Below the pieces are notes generated by a model. That model did not search any database, was not told where the DNA came from, and saw only the letters and a program-made list of their open reading frames with translations. Below, piece after piece: positions 9,611-19,898 of a stretch of 64,000 bases of DNA. The stretch comes from Spirulina sp. (GTDB taxonomy: Bacteria; Cyanobacteriota; Cyanobacteriia; Phormidesmidales; Phormidesmidaceae): NCBI GenBank assembly GCA_044070495.1, contig JBIPSI010000021.1, forward strand, positions 26,833 to 90,832, in the 5' to 3' direction. The translations under genes were made by a program, and so were the position numbers. Every line of letters starts with the position of its first letter. Positions within the stretch are counted from its first letter, which is position 1.

Positions 9611-10444
9611 TTAAATCACGTCGGCAAAGGTGCGTTCCATGCGGCGGAAGTAGAGAATTCCGGTGAAGAGCAGGACTAACACCAGCAGCAGGGACAGCAA
9701 AAATCCAGGCCAAAAGAGTTGCACATCGCCGCCAATGATGGCCCAACGAAAGCCGTCGATCACCCCCACCATGGGGTTGAGGGAGTACAGCATTCGCCAG
9801 CGGTCGGGCACGATGGCGCTACTGAAGCCCACGGGCGAAATATACAGACCAAACTGCACCAAAAACGGCACTACATAGCGAAAGTCGCGGTACTGCACAT
9901 TGAGGGCCGCTAGCCACAGCCCCGCCCCCATGGCCGCCGCAAAGGCAATGGCGGTAAACAGCGGCAGGGTGAGGATACGCCAGGAGGGCACCGCGTTGTA
10001 CCAGGCCATCAGCCCCAGCAGGATCACGCCGGAAATCAAGAAGTCCACAAAGCTAACAATCACGGCACTGGTAGGCACCACCAATCGGGGAAAGTACACC
10101 TTAGAAATCAGGTTGGCGTTGGTGATCAGGCTGTTGCTGCATTCCGAGAGGGCATTGGCAAAAAACTGCCAGGGCAGCATGGCAGAAAACACCAGGATTG
10201 GGTAGGGGGCATCGCCTTCACTGGGCAGGTTAGCCAAACGGCCAAACACCACCGTAAACACCACCATGGTTAAAAAGGGTCGAATCAGCGCCCAAGCCAC
10301 CCCCACCACGGTTTGCTTGTAGCGCACCAAAATATCTCGCCAGGCCAGGAAGTAAAACAACTCCCGGTAGCGCCACAGATCGCGAAAGTACTGGGCCTCG
10401 GTACGGCCAGCTTCAATCACCAGTTCAGGAATGGGTTCAGCCAT
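9611..10444 (-). CDS. ABC-2 polysaccharide export permease (Wzm-like)
   Basis: DLWRYRELFYFLAWRDILVRYKQT, SKVYFPR, RRMERTFADVI; ATG at 10444. Confidence 0.9.
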   Translation of the reverse strand: MAEPIPELVIEAGRTEAQYFRDLWRYRELFYFLAWRDILVRYKQTVVGVAWALIRPFLTMVVFTVVFGRLANLPSEGDAPYPILVFSAMLPWQFFANALSECSNSLITNANLISKVYFPRLVVPTSAVIVSFVDFLISGVILLGLMAWYNAVPSWRILTLPLFTAIAFAAAMGAGLWLAALNVQYRDFRYVVPFLVQFGLYISPVGFSSAIVPDRWRMLYSLNPMVGVIDGFRWAIIGGDVQLFWPGFLLSLLLVLVLLFTGILYFRRMERTFADVI

Positions 10445-10682
10445 GGGGGCAACGTCGATGCCTACAGTGTCTAGACTACCCAGAAGCCGTCCCGATGTGC
10501 GCTTTATTCCCGCTGCACCTAACCCCGCCGCCCCCGCCCCAGTTCCAACCATTCACCGTAGGGGAGAGGTTCCCTCGCCCTGATCCACGGGCAGCCAGGT
10601 ATCCATTATTTATTAGAACCTGTAGGGGATAGGTCTCCTGCCCCTTTGACCGCTCTGAGTTCTGGCCAGGTTTGTCCGTCAA

Positions 10683-12317
10683 TCAGGGGGTATTGATCAG
10701 GGGGTAGATCTGACTCAAGTTAAGTTCTCCCATGGCAATGGGTTCAGGGAAAGAGAACTGGTTGAGAATTTTGGGGTGAACTTCGCCAAACTCGCCAATG
10801 GTTTGCCCATTCATCTGCACCAGGGCCGACCGTCCTGGAATGTAGTAGGGGCTGTGACCTTCAGTAAGATCGTAGGTAACCCCCAAGGCCCGCAGCAGGG
10901 TTTGCAGGTAGGCCTTGGCCGTGGAAAAGGACGCCCTGGCATTGAGGCTGGCAAAGCCCCAGGACTGGGATTCTTCGCCCTGTCCATCGGCGGCGAGGCG
11001 GAGAATTTCCCCGGTTTCGTAGAGGTTGATGGGTTTGGGGGCATTGATGTTGCAGGATAGAACCTCCAGAAGCCCGACCTGGAGTGTGGTGCGGGTGGCG
11101 CTGTAGGCACGGCTTTTGGCGTTGCTGGTTTGTAAGTAGTGTTCAGAAAACAGGGCCAACAGGGTGGGATCGGTGAGGACATGGCCCTTCACCTCCATTA
11201 GCCCCAAGCGCTGGGACACATCGCACACCCGAAACACAAACTGGCGTAGTCCATCGGCCTCGCCCAGGTGAAACTTCACCGACAGCGGTTCTGGCTGAAA
11301 GCTATCAATCCCCAGGGCTACCATCAAATCTCCAGCCAAATCTACCTGGCTGATCAGGTCGGTGCGGTAGGTGGGCACATAGACCTCGTTCGTGCCGCTG
11401 ACCACCAGATCCATGCGCCCCAACACCTGGCCCAGCTTGGCCTTAGGAATGGCCGACCCCATGATTTCATTCAAAAACCGCGCCGAAAAGGACACGGCAC
11501 GCCGATCTAGGCTAGGGGTAACCTGCGATCCGGCGGGGGTAACCACGGTGACGGTCTGCACCTCGGCCCCAGTGTCTAAAAAATTATGGGCCAGAATATT
11601 AATGGTTTCCTGCACCGTGCGATCTAAAATGCCCGTGACATCGATAAACAGGTTGCGGGTGTCGGCGGAAATCTCCCCCACGCCAGCGGCGTTAATGATC
11701 GGCGGCAGCGAGAGCACCTGCCCCTGGGCATCGCGCAGCACGGGCACGGTGTCTCCCTCCGGCAGGGTAGAGCCATAGAGCTTACCAGCGGGGTGGTGGG
11801 CCAGCAGATTGACGGCGGTGAGGGGGGCCGTTTCCCCTAGGGGCACAAAGGTAACGTCGGTTTTGGCCTGGGCCGTGTAGGTGAGGGGGCCAACGATGCG
11901 ATCCAGGTCGTAGACCCCAATGGCGATCTTTTTGCGTTGGCGACCAAAGGTTTGGGTCACCTTCTCCTGAAACTGAATCAACACCTCCAGTCCGCCATCC
12001 CGAAGATGGGCCTGCCGCACCACCAACGCCGCCAGGTGAGGCCGTAATCCTAAAACTGACGGATCCACGGTGACCCGATAGCCCGAATCGGCTAGGGTTT
12101 CGGGCACAGTGCGGGGTTGCCCACCATAGATATTCATCGCCCGAATAAAGCCCTCGGCGGATAAGAGGTCGGGCCGTTCGGCGGTTACCTCCACCTCTAG
12201 GTTGTCCTCCCGCAGGGTGACTTCTAGGCCGTAGTCAAAGGCCTGTCGTTCAAGCTGGGCCAGGGGTGTTTGGGTGAGCTGCTGAAGGTAAGACAGGGGA
12301 AACGTTACCGTGGGCAT
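10683..12317 (-). CDS. pheT: Phenylalanine-tRNA ligase beta subunit-like protein, short archaeal/eukaryotic type (544 aa)
   Basis: MPTV...RPDLLSAEG, IQFQEK..GRQRKKIAIGVYDLD, LSLPPIIN, NLFIDVTG, GEFGEVHPKIL; no bacterial B2 OB-fold or B8 anticodon-binding domain. Confidence 0.8.
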   Translation of the reverse strand: MPTVTFPLSYLQQLTQTPLAQLERQAFDYGLEVTLREDNLEVEVTAERPDLLSAEGFIRAMNIYGGQPRTVPETLADSGYRVTVDPSVLGLRPHLAALVVRQAHLRDGGLEVLIQFQEKVTQTFGRQRKKIAIGVYDLDRIVGPLTYTAQAKTDVTFVPLGETAPLTAVNLLAHHPAGKLYGSTLPEGDTVPVLRDAQGQVLSLPPIINAAGVGEISADTRNLFIDVTGILDRTVQETINILAHNFLDTGAEVQTVTVVTPAGSQVTPSLDRRAVSFSARFLNEIMGSAIPKAKLGQVLGRMDLVVSGTNEVYVPTYRTDLISQVDLAGDLMVALGIDSFQPEPLSVKFHLGEADGLRQFVFRVCDVSQRLGLMEVKGHVLTDPTLLALFSEHYLQTSNAKSRAYSATRTTLQVGLLEVLSCNINAPKPINLYETGEILRLAADGQGEESQSWGFASLNARASFSTAKAYLQTLLRALGVTYDLTEGHSPYYIPGRSALVQMNGQTIGEFGEVHPKILNQFSFPEPIAMGELNLSQIYPLINTP

Positions 12318-12520
12318 GGGCCAAGGAGAATAGACAAACTCAGGGGCGTCGCGCAACGCGAGGGGCTATTGAAGCCGAATCAAGGCACGATCACAATGTT
12401 ATGAACGCAGAATCGAAGCACAACCGAAGCACACTATATCCTATCTGGCCCTAGCCTCAGCCAAGGCCCTAGCCGCGCCGCCCCACACCATTCCCTGGGG
12501 GTGTGAGATAATGGCCTGCC

Positions 12521-13498
12521 ATGATGCCTAGATCCCCAGCCCAGCCCTCAAATCTGCTGATTAAGCTCAGCCGCCGCCTGTTCGACCAAGCGGAACAACA
12601 GTCTGCCTTTGTGGAAGCCCTCACCTCGCCCCCAACCTTTCCCCAGGCCATTCTGTGGACTCAGCCCCGCCCGTCGGAGGTGCCCTTTGACCTTGCCCCC
12701 GCCTTGCCCTGGCAGCCGCCCGCTGTGGATCGCCTCTGGCCCGACCAGCGCCCTGGACAGCATCCCCTACACCAGGCGGGGGCCTACTACTGCCTAGACA
12801 TGGCCTCGGTCTTTGCGGCGGCGGTGTTGAACGCGATCCCAACCTCGGTTGATCTGGTGCTGGATATGTGTGCGGCACCGGGGGGCAAAAGTTTGCTGGC
12901 CCGTCAGCAGCTCCGGCCCAAACAGCTTTGGTGCAATGAAGTCATCCGTAAGCGGGTCAGAATCCTCATCGCCAACCTCAAACGCTGTGGGGCCATGGAG
13001 AGCCTAGTGTTCAACCTAGACCCGAAAATTTGGGCTGAACATCTACCCCAAGCCGCCTCGGTGGTGATTGTGGATGCCCCCTGTAGTGGCCAATCCCTCC
13101 TCGCTAAGGGCGATCAAGCCTTGGGTTGTTTCCATCCGATCACCATCAAGAAAAACGCCAGTCGCCAAAAACGCATTCTGGGCCAAGCCGCCCAAACCGT
13201 GGCTGGGGGCGGCTACCTTGCCTACATGACCTGCACCTTCTCCCCGGAGGAAAACGAACAGGTGGCGGCGTGGTTGCTGAAGCACTTTCCCCAGTTTGAG
13301 GCGGTGCCCGTTCCCCTCCTCGCCGACCATCAGTCGCCCTTGGCCGAGTTTCCCTGCTATCGGCTGTGGCCCCAAATGGGCCTAGGGGCTGGAGGGTTTA
13401 CGGTACTCTTCCGCAACCGAGATCTCCACCACTACCCCGCCACGCTCCCCGATGCCCTCGCCACCTACACCCTGCACCTTTATGCAGACCAGGAGTGA
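12521..13498 (+). CDS. RsmB/RsmF (NOL1/NOP2/Sun) RNA m5C methyltransferase
   Basis: DMCAAPGGKS, VDAPCSG, TCTFSPEENE. Confidence 0.92.
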   Translation: MMPRSPAQPSNLLIKLSRRLFDQAEQQSAFVEALTSPPTFPQAILWTQPRPSEVPFDLAPALPWQPPAVDRLWPDQRPGQHPLHQAGAYYCLDMASVFAAAVLNAIPTSVDLVLDMCAAPGGKSLLARQQLRPKQLWCNEVIRKRVRILIANLKRCGAMESLVFNLDPKIWAEHLPQAASVVIVDAPCSGQSLLAKGDQALGCFHPITIKKNASRQKRILGQAAQTVAGGGYLAYMTCTFSPEENEQVAAWLLKHFPQFEAVPVPLLADHQSPLAEFPCYRLWPQMGLGAGGFTVLFRNRDLHHYPATLPDALATYTLHLYADQE

Positions 13499-13658
13499 TA
13501 CCCGATCCGAATAAGATAACTCCGGTTCCTAACCCGTCAAACCGCAGGGGCGATGTCTCCCACCCGTTGGAACCGAGTAGCTGTGGGGCAAGACCCGCCA
13601 GCTTTAATTCAGCCGTAGGGTAGGCACCCTTAATTCAGCACCCTTCCACTCTCGCTCC

Positions 13659-14126
13659 CTAACCTCCGTAAAAGTCTTCGTCTAGCATTTCCTGACTAGA
13701 AAAAGGGCAACTTAGCGGATAATCGGCCTCGGATGGCGTAGGAATTCCAAATTTTGCCAGCTTACCCTCCTTAATCGCAATCTTGCGAGCATTGGGATAG
13801 GCTTGCTCCATCGTTTCCGATAGAAAAGTCTTCAACGACGGGGTACTCTCCAAGCTATCCAACACCCGCTGACGATGTTCAAGGACAGAGCTATACCAGC
13901 TTCCTTTCATAGTTTCTGGGGCGGTAGATTGAACCCGCAGTTTCAGTAAATGGGCCAGAAGAATCGTGAGGTTGCTCTTTAGGGCATTTTTTTCGGATCG
14001 GCCCAACTCTGTCAACTCCTCAATTAAATGCTCAATATCTAGCCCCTCAAACTGCCGCTTTTGCAATTGCTGTATCGTCTGGCTGAGCCATTGCTGAAAA
14101 TCATGGTCGTAGAGAGTCTTGTCCAT
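13659..14126 (-). CDS. DUF29 family protein
   Basis: LYDHDFQQW, LIEELTELGRSEK, LLAHLLK, TPSLK. Confidence 0.9.
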   Translation of the reverse strand: MDKTLYDHDFQQWLSQTIQQLQKRQFEGLDIEHLIEELTELGRSEKNALKSNLTILLAHLLKLRVQSTAPETMKGSWYSSVLEHRQRVLDSLESTPSLKTFLSETMEQAYPNARKIAIKEGKLAKFGIPTPSEADYPLSCPFSSQEMLDEDFYGG

Positions 14127-14604
14127 CGTCTGACCTCACGGCAAAGGCATCTGTCCCACTGGCAAAGTATTCTAGCGTCGTGGGGTCGGGCTGACTGTCA
14201 AAGTACTTGGCCAGCACTTGCTCGAACACCGACCCCGGTGGCGAGATCCTGGCGAACAGGGTGCAGCAGGAACGCAGTTTTCGATCATCCGGTGTGCCAA
14301 AAATGTCGTAGGCCGATAGCTCCTCTAAGGCCAGAACGGCTGCGGTAATTTCTAGCAACCGTGGCCCCAGGATGGGATGCTGCAAATAGGCTTTGGCCTC
14401 TGCGGCATCCCCAATGGCATAGGTTTGGGACATTTCACTCAAGCCGAGTCCCCGCATTTGCGGGAAGATGTACCACATCCAGTGGGACTGTTTGTAGCCG
14501 TTACGCACCTCGGCCAGGGCGATGGCATAGTCATCCTGTTGAGCCTGCACAAAGCGGTCGAGATCATCCTCACCGGCTGGGAAATTAGGCGGCAGCGCAC
14601 TCAT
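14101..14604 (-). CDS. DUF1810 family protein
   Basis: LDRFVQAQ, KQSHWMWYIFPQ, IFGTPDDRKLRS. Confidence 0.9.
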   Translation of the reverse strand: MSALPPNFPAGEDDLDRFVQAQQDDYAIALAEVRNGYKQSHWMWYIFPQMRGLGLSEMSQTYAIGDAAEAKAYLQHPILGPRLLEITAAVLALEELSAYDIFGTPDDRKLRSCCTLFARISPPGSVFEQVLAKYFDSQPDPTTLEYFASGTDAFAVRSDDGQDSLRP

Positions 14605-14678
14605 GGGACAACCTCACAGAACAACCTAGAATGGAGGGGATAACAGTCCCGACGGCATTATTCTCCTGCATCTAGGCC

Positions 14679-14927
14679 ATGACTGCACAGCCCCAACCCG
14701 AACCTACCCTACGAGACCTCGCCAACAAGCTGGATCAGATCACGCTTGATGTTGATAAACTTACCGCCGATGTGGATCAGCGGTTTGATACGCTCAGTCG
14801 CGAGATGGAACGCTCTAACGACAAGTTTGATGCCTACCAAAAAGGTACCCAATGGGTGGTGCAGTTGGCATTTACCCTGATTGCCAGCGCCACCATCACC
14901 GTCATCTTAACCACGGTATTTAAGTAA
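14679..14927 (+). CDS. Small coiled-coil protein with C-terminal TM (hypothetical)
   Basis: Heptad-like region followed by hydrophobic WVVQLAFTLIASATITVIL. Confidence 0.7.
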   Translation: MTAQPQPEPTLRDLANKLDQITLDVDKLTADVDQRFDTLSREMERSNDKFDAYQKGTQWVVQLAFTLIASATITVILTTVFK

Positions 14928-14929
14928 GC

Positions 14930-14982
14930 CGTAGGGCAATGCCCACCAGTTTAGGGAATCCGTAGGGTAAACACTGTCCACC
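14930..14982. repeat. GTAG-type REP-like palindromes (related copies near 13614 and 25586)
   Basis: CGTAGGGCAATGCCCACC and CGTAGGGTAAACACTGTCCACC; compare GTAGGGTGGGCACTGCTCACC at 25586. Confidence 0.55.
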
Positions 14983-15070
14983 AACTTTAATTCAGCGCCA
15001 TTCCACCTACGATCCCTAACATTTGGAAAAGTCTTCGCCATCTCACCAGGAAGCGATCCCAAGGACAGAT

Positions 15071-16780
15071 CTAAAACAGGAAATACCGCTGGGCCATGGG
15101 CAGCACGTCGGCGGGTTCGCAGGTCAGCAGTTGACCGTCGGCGCGGACTTCGTAGGTTTCGGGGTTCACCTCCATGTGGGGTTGGTAGGTGTTGAGCTTC
15201 ATGTCGGCCTTGCTGAGGTTGCGGCAGTTGACCACCGCAGGGGCGGCTTTGGTGAGGCCAATTTGGGCAGGGATTCCCAATTCCAAGGCCGCTTTAGACA
15301 CAAAGGTCAACGACGTAGCGGCTACCGCACCGCCAAAGCTGCCGAACATAGGCCGCATGTGGACGGGCTGCGGGGTGGGGATGCTGGCGTTGGGGTCGCC
15401 CATTTGCGCCCAGGCAATCGCGCCGCCTTTGATGACGATTTCGGGTTTGACGCCGAAAAAAGCGGGTTTCCACAGGCAAATATCCGCCAGCTTACCCGCT
15501 TCGATGGAACCCACATGGTCGGCAATGCCGTGGGTGATGGCGGGGTTGATGGTGTATTTGGCCACGTAGCGCTTGGCTCGGTGGTTGTCGTTGCGGTCAG
15601 AATCTTCCGCCAGTGGCCCCCGCTGCACCTTCATTTTGTGGGCGGTCTGCCAGGTGCGGATGATCACCTCACCCACCCGCCCCATGGCCTGGGAGTCGGA
15701 GGCAATCATACTAAAGGCCCCCAGGTCATGGAGGATGTCTTCTGCGGCGATGGTTTCGCGACGAATGCGGGACTCGGCAAAGGCAATGTCTTCGGGAATG
15801 CTGGGGCTGAGGTGGTGGCAGACCATCAGCATATCCAGGTGTTCGTCCAGGGTGTTGCGGGTGTAGGGGCGGGTGGGGTTGGTGGAGGAGGGCAGCACGT
15901 TGGCTTCGCCACAGACCTTGATAATGTCGGGCGCGTGGCCACCCCCAGCCCCCTCGGTGTGGTAGGTGTGAATCACCCGATTTTTGAAGGCGGCGATGGT
16001 GTCCTCCACAAAGCCCGCTTCGTTGAGGGTGTCGGTGTGGATGGCGACCTGGATATCGTACTCATCGGCGACGGCCAAGCAGGTGTCGATGGTGGCGGGG
16101 GTCGTGCCCCAGTCCTCATGGAGCTTGAGGCCCATGGCCCCAGCCTTCACCTGCTCCACCAGAGCCTCCGGTAGGGCACTGTTGCCCTTGCCCATAAAGC
16201 CCAGGTTCATGGGGAAGGCTTCCGCCGCTTGCAGCATCCGCCACATATTCCAGGCCCCAGGGGTGCAGGTGGTGGCATTCGTCCCCGTGGCTGGCCCAGT
16301 GCCGCCGCCGATCATGGTGGTGACGCCGGAGGCAATGGCGGTTTCGATCTGCTGAGGGCAAATGAAGTGGATGTGGGTGTCGATGCCGCCAGCGGTGACG
16401 ATCATGCCCTCGCCTGCGACGACCTCGGTACCAGGGCCAAGGATGATATCGACGTTGTCTTGGATGTAGGGGTTCCCCGCCTTACCAATTTTGTGAATTT
16501 TGCCGTCTTTAATGCCAATGTCGGCCTTAACGATGCCCCACCAGTCCAAAATCAGCGCATTGGTAATCACCATGTCCACGGCCCCGGCCTCGCGCCCAAT
16601 GGGAGACTGGCCCATGCCATCGCGGATCACCTTGCCACCGCCAAATTTCACCTCGTCCCCGTAGGTCGTGAAATCCTGCTCTACCTCAATGATCAGTTCT
16701 GTATCGGCTAAGCGGATGCGGTCGCCCACTGTAGGGCCAAAGGTTTCCGCATAGGCGCGGCGATCCATGCGATAGCTCAT
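15071..16780 (-). CDS. ureC: Urease subunit alpha
   Basis: [39 protein letters not shown] at 16780, 569 aa. Confidence 0.97.
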   Translation of the reverse strand: MSYRMDRRAYAETFGPTVGDRIRLADTELIIEVEQDFTTYGDEVKFGGGKVIRDGMGQSPIGREAGAVDMVITNALILDWWGIVKADIGIKDGKIHKIGKAGNPYIQDNVDIILGPGTEVVAGEGMIVTAGGIDTHIHFICPQQIETAIASGVTTMIGGGTGPATGTNATTCTPGAWNMWRMLQAAEAFPMNLGFMGKGNSALPEALVEQVKAGAMGLKLHEDWGTTPATIDTCLAVADEYDIQVAIHTDTLNEAGFVEDTIAAFKNRVIHTYHTEGAGGGHAPDIIKVCGEANVLPSSTNPTRPYTRNTLDEHLDMLMVCHHLSPSIPEDIAFAESRIRRETIAAEDILHDLGAFSMIASDSQAMGRVGEVIIRTWQTAHKMKVQRGPLAEDSDRNDNHRAKRYVAKYTINPAITHGIADHVGSIEAGKLADICLWKPAFFGVKPEIVIKGGAIAWAQMGDPNASIPTPQPVHMRPMFGSFGGAVAATSLTFVSKAALELGIPAQIGLTKAAPAVVNCRNLSKADMKLNTYQPHMEVNPETYEVRADGQLLTCEPADVLPMAQRYFLF

Positions 16781-16995
16781 GGGGACTCCTGTTGAAGATG
16801 AGGCAGCCGGTTGAAGATGGGGCAGCCTAAACCATTGCACAACCCAGGCCGCCAGACTCTAGAATGCGGGATTTTCCGCCGTTGGTCAATCGAGTCTAGG
16901 GCTGTAGCGGCCTAAAGCTAACCCATAGTAACGCTTAGCTTTGATTAAGGGTTTAAGGAGTATGGTTATTGAAGATGCACCCCTTGGCACTGCCC

Positions 16996-19752
16996 ATGTC
17001 CACCTTTTCGACGCCGATCCCTGCCGCTGGATCAACGTTCAACCCTGCTTCCAACGACCGCCCTGGCGATACTTCCTGGCGGCGACCTGATCTGTTAGCC
17101 CCAGCGGGTCAGTGGGATTGCGCCAAGGCAGCGGTGGAAAATGGGGCCGACGCCATTTACTTTGGCTTGGATCGGTTCAATGCCAGGATGCGGGCCGAAA
17201 ACTTCACAGAGGCCGACCTGCCGGATTTGATGGCCTTTTTGCACCGTCGCGGCGTCAAGGGCTACGTTACCCTCAATACCCTGGTGTTTCCGGCGGAACT
17301 GGCGGAGGCGGCGCAGTACCTCAAAACCATCATCACAGCGGGGGTGGATGCGGTGATTGTGCAGGATGTGGGACTCTGTCGGCTAATTCGGCATCTGTCG
17401 CCGGATTTTCCCATCCACGCTTCAACTCAGATGACCGTCACCAGTGCGGCGGGGGTGGCCTTTGCGGAGGAACTGGGCTGTCAACTGGTGGTGCTGGCGC
17501 GGGAATGTTCCATCAAAGATATCCAAAGCATCCAGGCCCACCTGCGGGATCAGGCCATCGCCATGCCCCTGGAGGTGTTTGTTCACGGAGCGCTGTGTGT
17601 GGCCTATTCCGGGCAATGTTTGACGAGCGAAGCCCTAGGCGGACGGTCGGCCAACCGGGGAGAATGCGCCCAAGCCTGCCGCATGGCCTACGACCTGATT
17701 GCCGATGGGGAAACGGTGGACTTAGGGGATCGTCAATACCTGCTGAGTCCCCAGGATTTGTCGGGACTGGACGTGCTGCCTGCCCTGGGGGAGGTGGGGG
17801 TTCACTGCCTCAAGATCGAAGGTCGCCTGAAAACCCCTGAATACGTGGCCAACGTGACCCGCATCTATCGTCGCGCCATTGATGCGGCGTTTGCTAAGGT
17901 CACTGATCGTTTGCAGACAGAGAGCGTTCAACCAGATCAAACTCATTCCCCCCTTGGTAAGGGGGGCAGGGGGGATCGTCTCTCCGCTGGGGATCCCCCT
18001 AAATCCCCCTTGGGAAGGGGGACTTTGAATCAGATCCCCCTTTCTAAGGGGGGCAGGGGGGATCTCCCATCCGTTGCCCACGCTGAGACCGAGGATCGCT
18101 ACCAGCTAGAAATGGCCTTTTCCCGTGGGTTGTATACGGGCTGGTTTGAGGGCATTGATAACCAGGCCCTCGTTCACGGACGGTTTGGCAAAAAGCGGGG
18201 GGTCTACCTTGGTCGGGTCAGCCGCATTGCCGAGGGACGGGTTTTCCTAACGCCCGAAGCGCCCATCAAAGCCGGGGATGGCGTCGTGTTTGACCAGGGC
18301 AACCCCGCCGCCCAGGAGGAAGGGGGCCGCATTTACCAGGTCATCCCCAAGGGCAAGGAGGTGGCCCTAGAGTTTGGCCGACAGGCGGTGAATTTCAACC
18401 GTATTCGGGTGGGGGATCGGCTCTGGAAAACCAGCGACCCCGCCCTGGATAAAGAACTGCGCCAAACCTACGCCGGAGACACCCCCAAATTCCATCGCCC
18501 CATTACCGTGACCGTTCAGGGTGAGGTGGATCAACCCCTAGTGCTGACCGCCCAGGATGAGGTGGGCCACATCGTTCAGGTGGAATCCGCCATGCCCTTG
18601 GTCGCCGCTGAAACCAATCCCCTCACCACGGAACGCCTAGAACAACAGTTGGGCCGCCTGGGCAACACCCCCTTCTGTCTGGGTGCCTTGGACAACCAAC
18701 TCAGCGGCGATCTGATGCTCCCCGTCAGCGAACTCAACCGCCTGCGCCGCACCATCGTCGAAACCCTAGACCAACAACGCGCCCAACCCCGCCGCTGGCA
18801 AATTTCCCCCCAAGCCCAGCTAGCAGACTTACTCCCCACTCCCCACTCCCCACTCCCGACTCCCGACTCCCCCGCCCTCACCGTCCTCGTTCGCACCCAA
18901 GCCCAACTCGAAGCCGCCCTAGCATCCGGCATCGACACCCTCTACTGCGAATGGGAAAACCCCGCCACCTATCGCACCACGGTGCAGTGGTTTCGGGACA
19001 ATCGTCACCACGAAAACCAAACCCTGTGGGTGGCCCCGCCACGCATCACCAAACCCCGCGAAGCCTACATTTTGGAGCAGGTAAGGCGTTCCGAGGCCGA
19101 TGGCTACCTCATCCGCAACTATGATCACCTGGCCTACTTTGCCGATCAGCGCTGCATTGGGGATTTCTCCCTCAACGTGGCCAATGCCCTAACGGCGGAT
19201 TACTTCATCCAGCGCTACGGTCTAGAGCGTGTCACCGCCTCCTACGACCTCAATGCCGACCAGTTAGGGGATTTACTGCAATCGGCCCCGCCCCAGTGGT
19301 TTGAGATCACCCTGCACCAGCACATGCCGATGTTCCACATGGAGCACTGCGTGTTCTGCGCCTTTTTGTCTGAGGGCAAGGATTTTCGCGACTGTGGCCG
19401 CCCCTGCGAAAGCCACCAGGTGAAGCTGCGGGATCGGGTGGGCACCGAGCACATCCTCCAGGCCGATGCCGGGTGCCGTAATACCCTATTCAACGGTGTC
19501 GCTCAAACCGGGGCAGAATACGCCCAGCGGTTGGTTTCCCTGGGGGCCAGGACGCTACGGCTAGAATTTCTGGACGAAACCCCAGATCAAGTCCGCCGCA
19601 CGATTCAGCAATACCAACAGCTTTTGACGGGGCACATCACGGGCACCCAACTCTGGCGTAGCCTAAAGCTGGAAAGTAAGCTGGGCGTTACCCGTGGGCC
19701 GCTGGATTCTGGGGATCTTTTAACTCGCAAAAGAGTGAAGAAAAGCCGCTAG
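16996..19752 (+). CDS. Peptidase U32 family protein with DUF3656 (RlhA-like), carrying in-frame repeat insertions
   Basis: LLAPAG, HASTQM, EVFVHGALCVAYSGQC..SANRGECAQACR, LKIEGR. Confidence 0.9.
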   Translation: MSTFSTPIPAAGSTFNPASNDRPGDTSWRRPDLLAPAGQWDCAKAAVENGADAIYFGLDRFNARMRAENFTEADLPDLMAFLHRRGVKGYVTLNTLVFPAELAEAAQYLKTIITAGVDAVIVQDVGLCRLIRHLSPDFPIHASTQMTVTSAAGVAFAEELGCQLVVLARECSIKDIQSIQAHLRDQAIAMPLEVFVHGALCVAYSGQCLTSEALGGRSANRGECAQACRMAYDLIADGETVDLGDRQYLLSPQDLSGLDVLPALGEVGVHCLKIEGRLKTPEYVANVTRIYRRAIDAAFAKVTDRLQTESVQPDQTHSPLGKGGRGDRLSAGDPPKSPLGRGTLNQIPLSKGGRGDLPSVAHAETEDRYQLEMAFSRGLYTGWFEGIDNQALVHGRFGKKRGVYLGRVSRIAEGRVFLTPEAPIKAGDGVVFDQGNPAAQEEGGRIYQVIPKGKEVALEFGRQAVNFNRIRVGDRLWKTSDPALDKELRQTYAGDTPKFHRPITVTVQGEVDQPLVLTAQDEVGHIVQVESAMPLVAAETNPLTTERLEQQLGRLGNTPFCLGALDNQLSGDLMLPVSELNRLRRTIVETLDQQRAQPRRWQISPQAQLADLLPTPHSPLPTPDSPALTVLVRTQAQLEAALASGIDTLYCEWENPATYRTTVQWFRDNRHHENQTLWVAPPRITKPREAYILEQVRRSEADGYLIRNYDHLAYFADQRCIGDFSLNVANALTADYFIQRYGLERVTASYDLNADQLGDLLQSAPPQWFEITLHQHMPMFHMEHCVFCAFLSEGKDFRDCGRPCESHQVKLRDRVGTEHILQADAGCRNTLFNGVAQTGAEYAQRLVSLGARTLRLEFLDETPDQVRRTIQQYQQLLTGHITGTQLWRSLKLESKLGVTRGPLDSGDLLTRKRVKKSR
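17947..18064. repeat. Cyanobacterial palindromic dispersed repeat inserted in frame in the U32 gene
   Basis: TCCCCCCTTGGTAAGGGGGGCAGGGGGGATC and GATCCCCCTAAATCCCCCTT...AAGGGGGGCAGGGGGGATC; the same motif occurs in the MITE at ~60964. Confidence 0.85.
18831..18872 (+). repeat. Heptamer tandem repeat (ACTCCCC/G)x6, STRR-like, in frame
   Basis: 6 units = 42 nt; encodes PTPHSPLPTPDSP. Confidence 0.85.
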
Positions 19753-19898
19753 GGGGAGGGTCGAACCTCATGAAAATACAACCTCCTAGAAGATGGAATC
19801 CGCTCAGATGCCCGACGAATCCCCGCCATCCCTGGCCACCATCCATTAAAATAACTTCGTTTAGATTGATTAACCATCACCGAGTTCAGTGAGGTCGC

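Noticed and set aside
15023..16711. Long + strand ORFs (383, 160 aa) opposite ureC, and similar antisense ORFs over selO, GH9, WD40 and gltA
   Set aside because: Shadow ORFs caused by GC-rich codon bias on the real gene; no motifs
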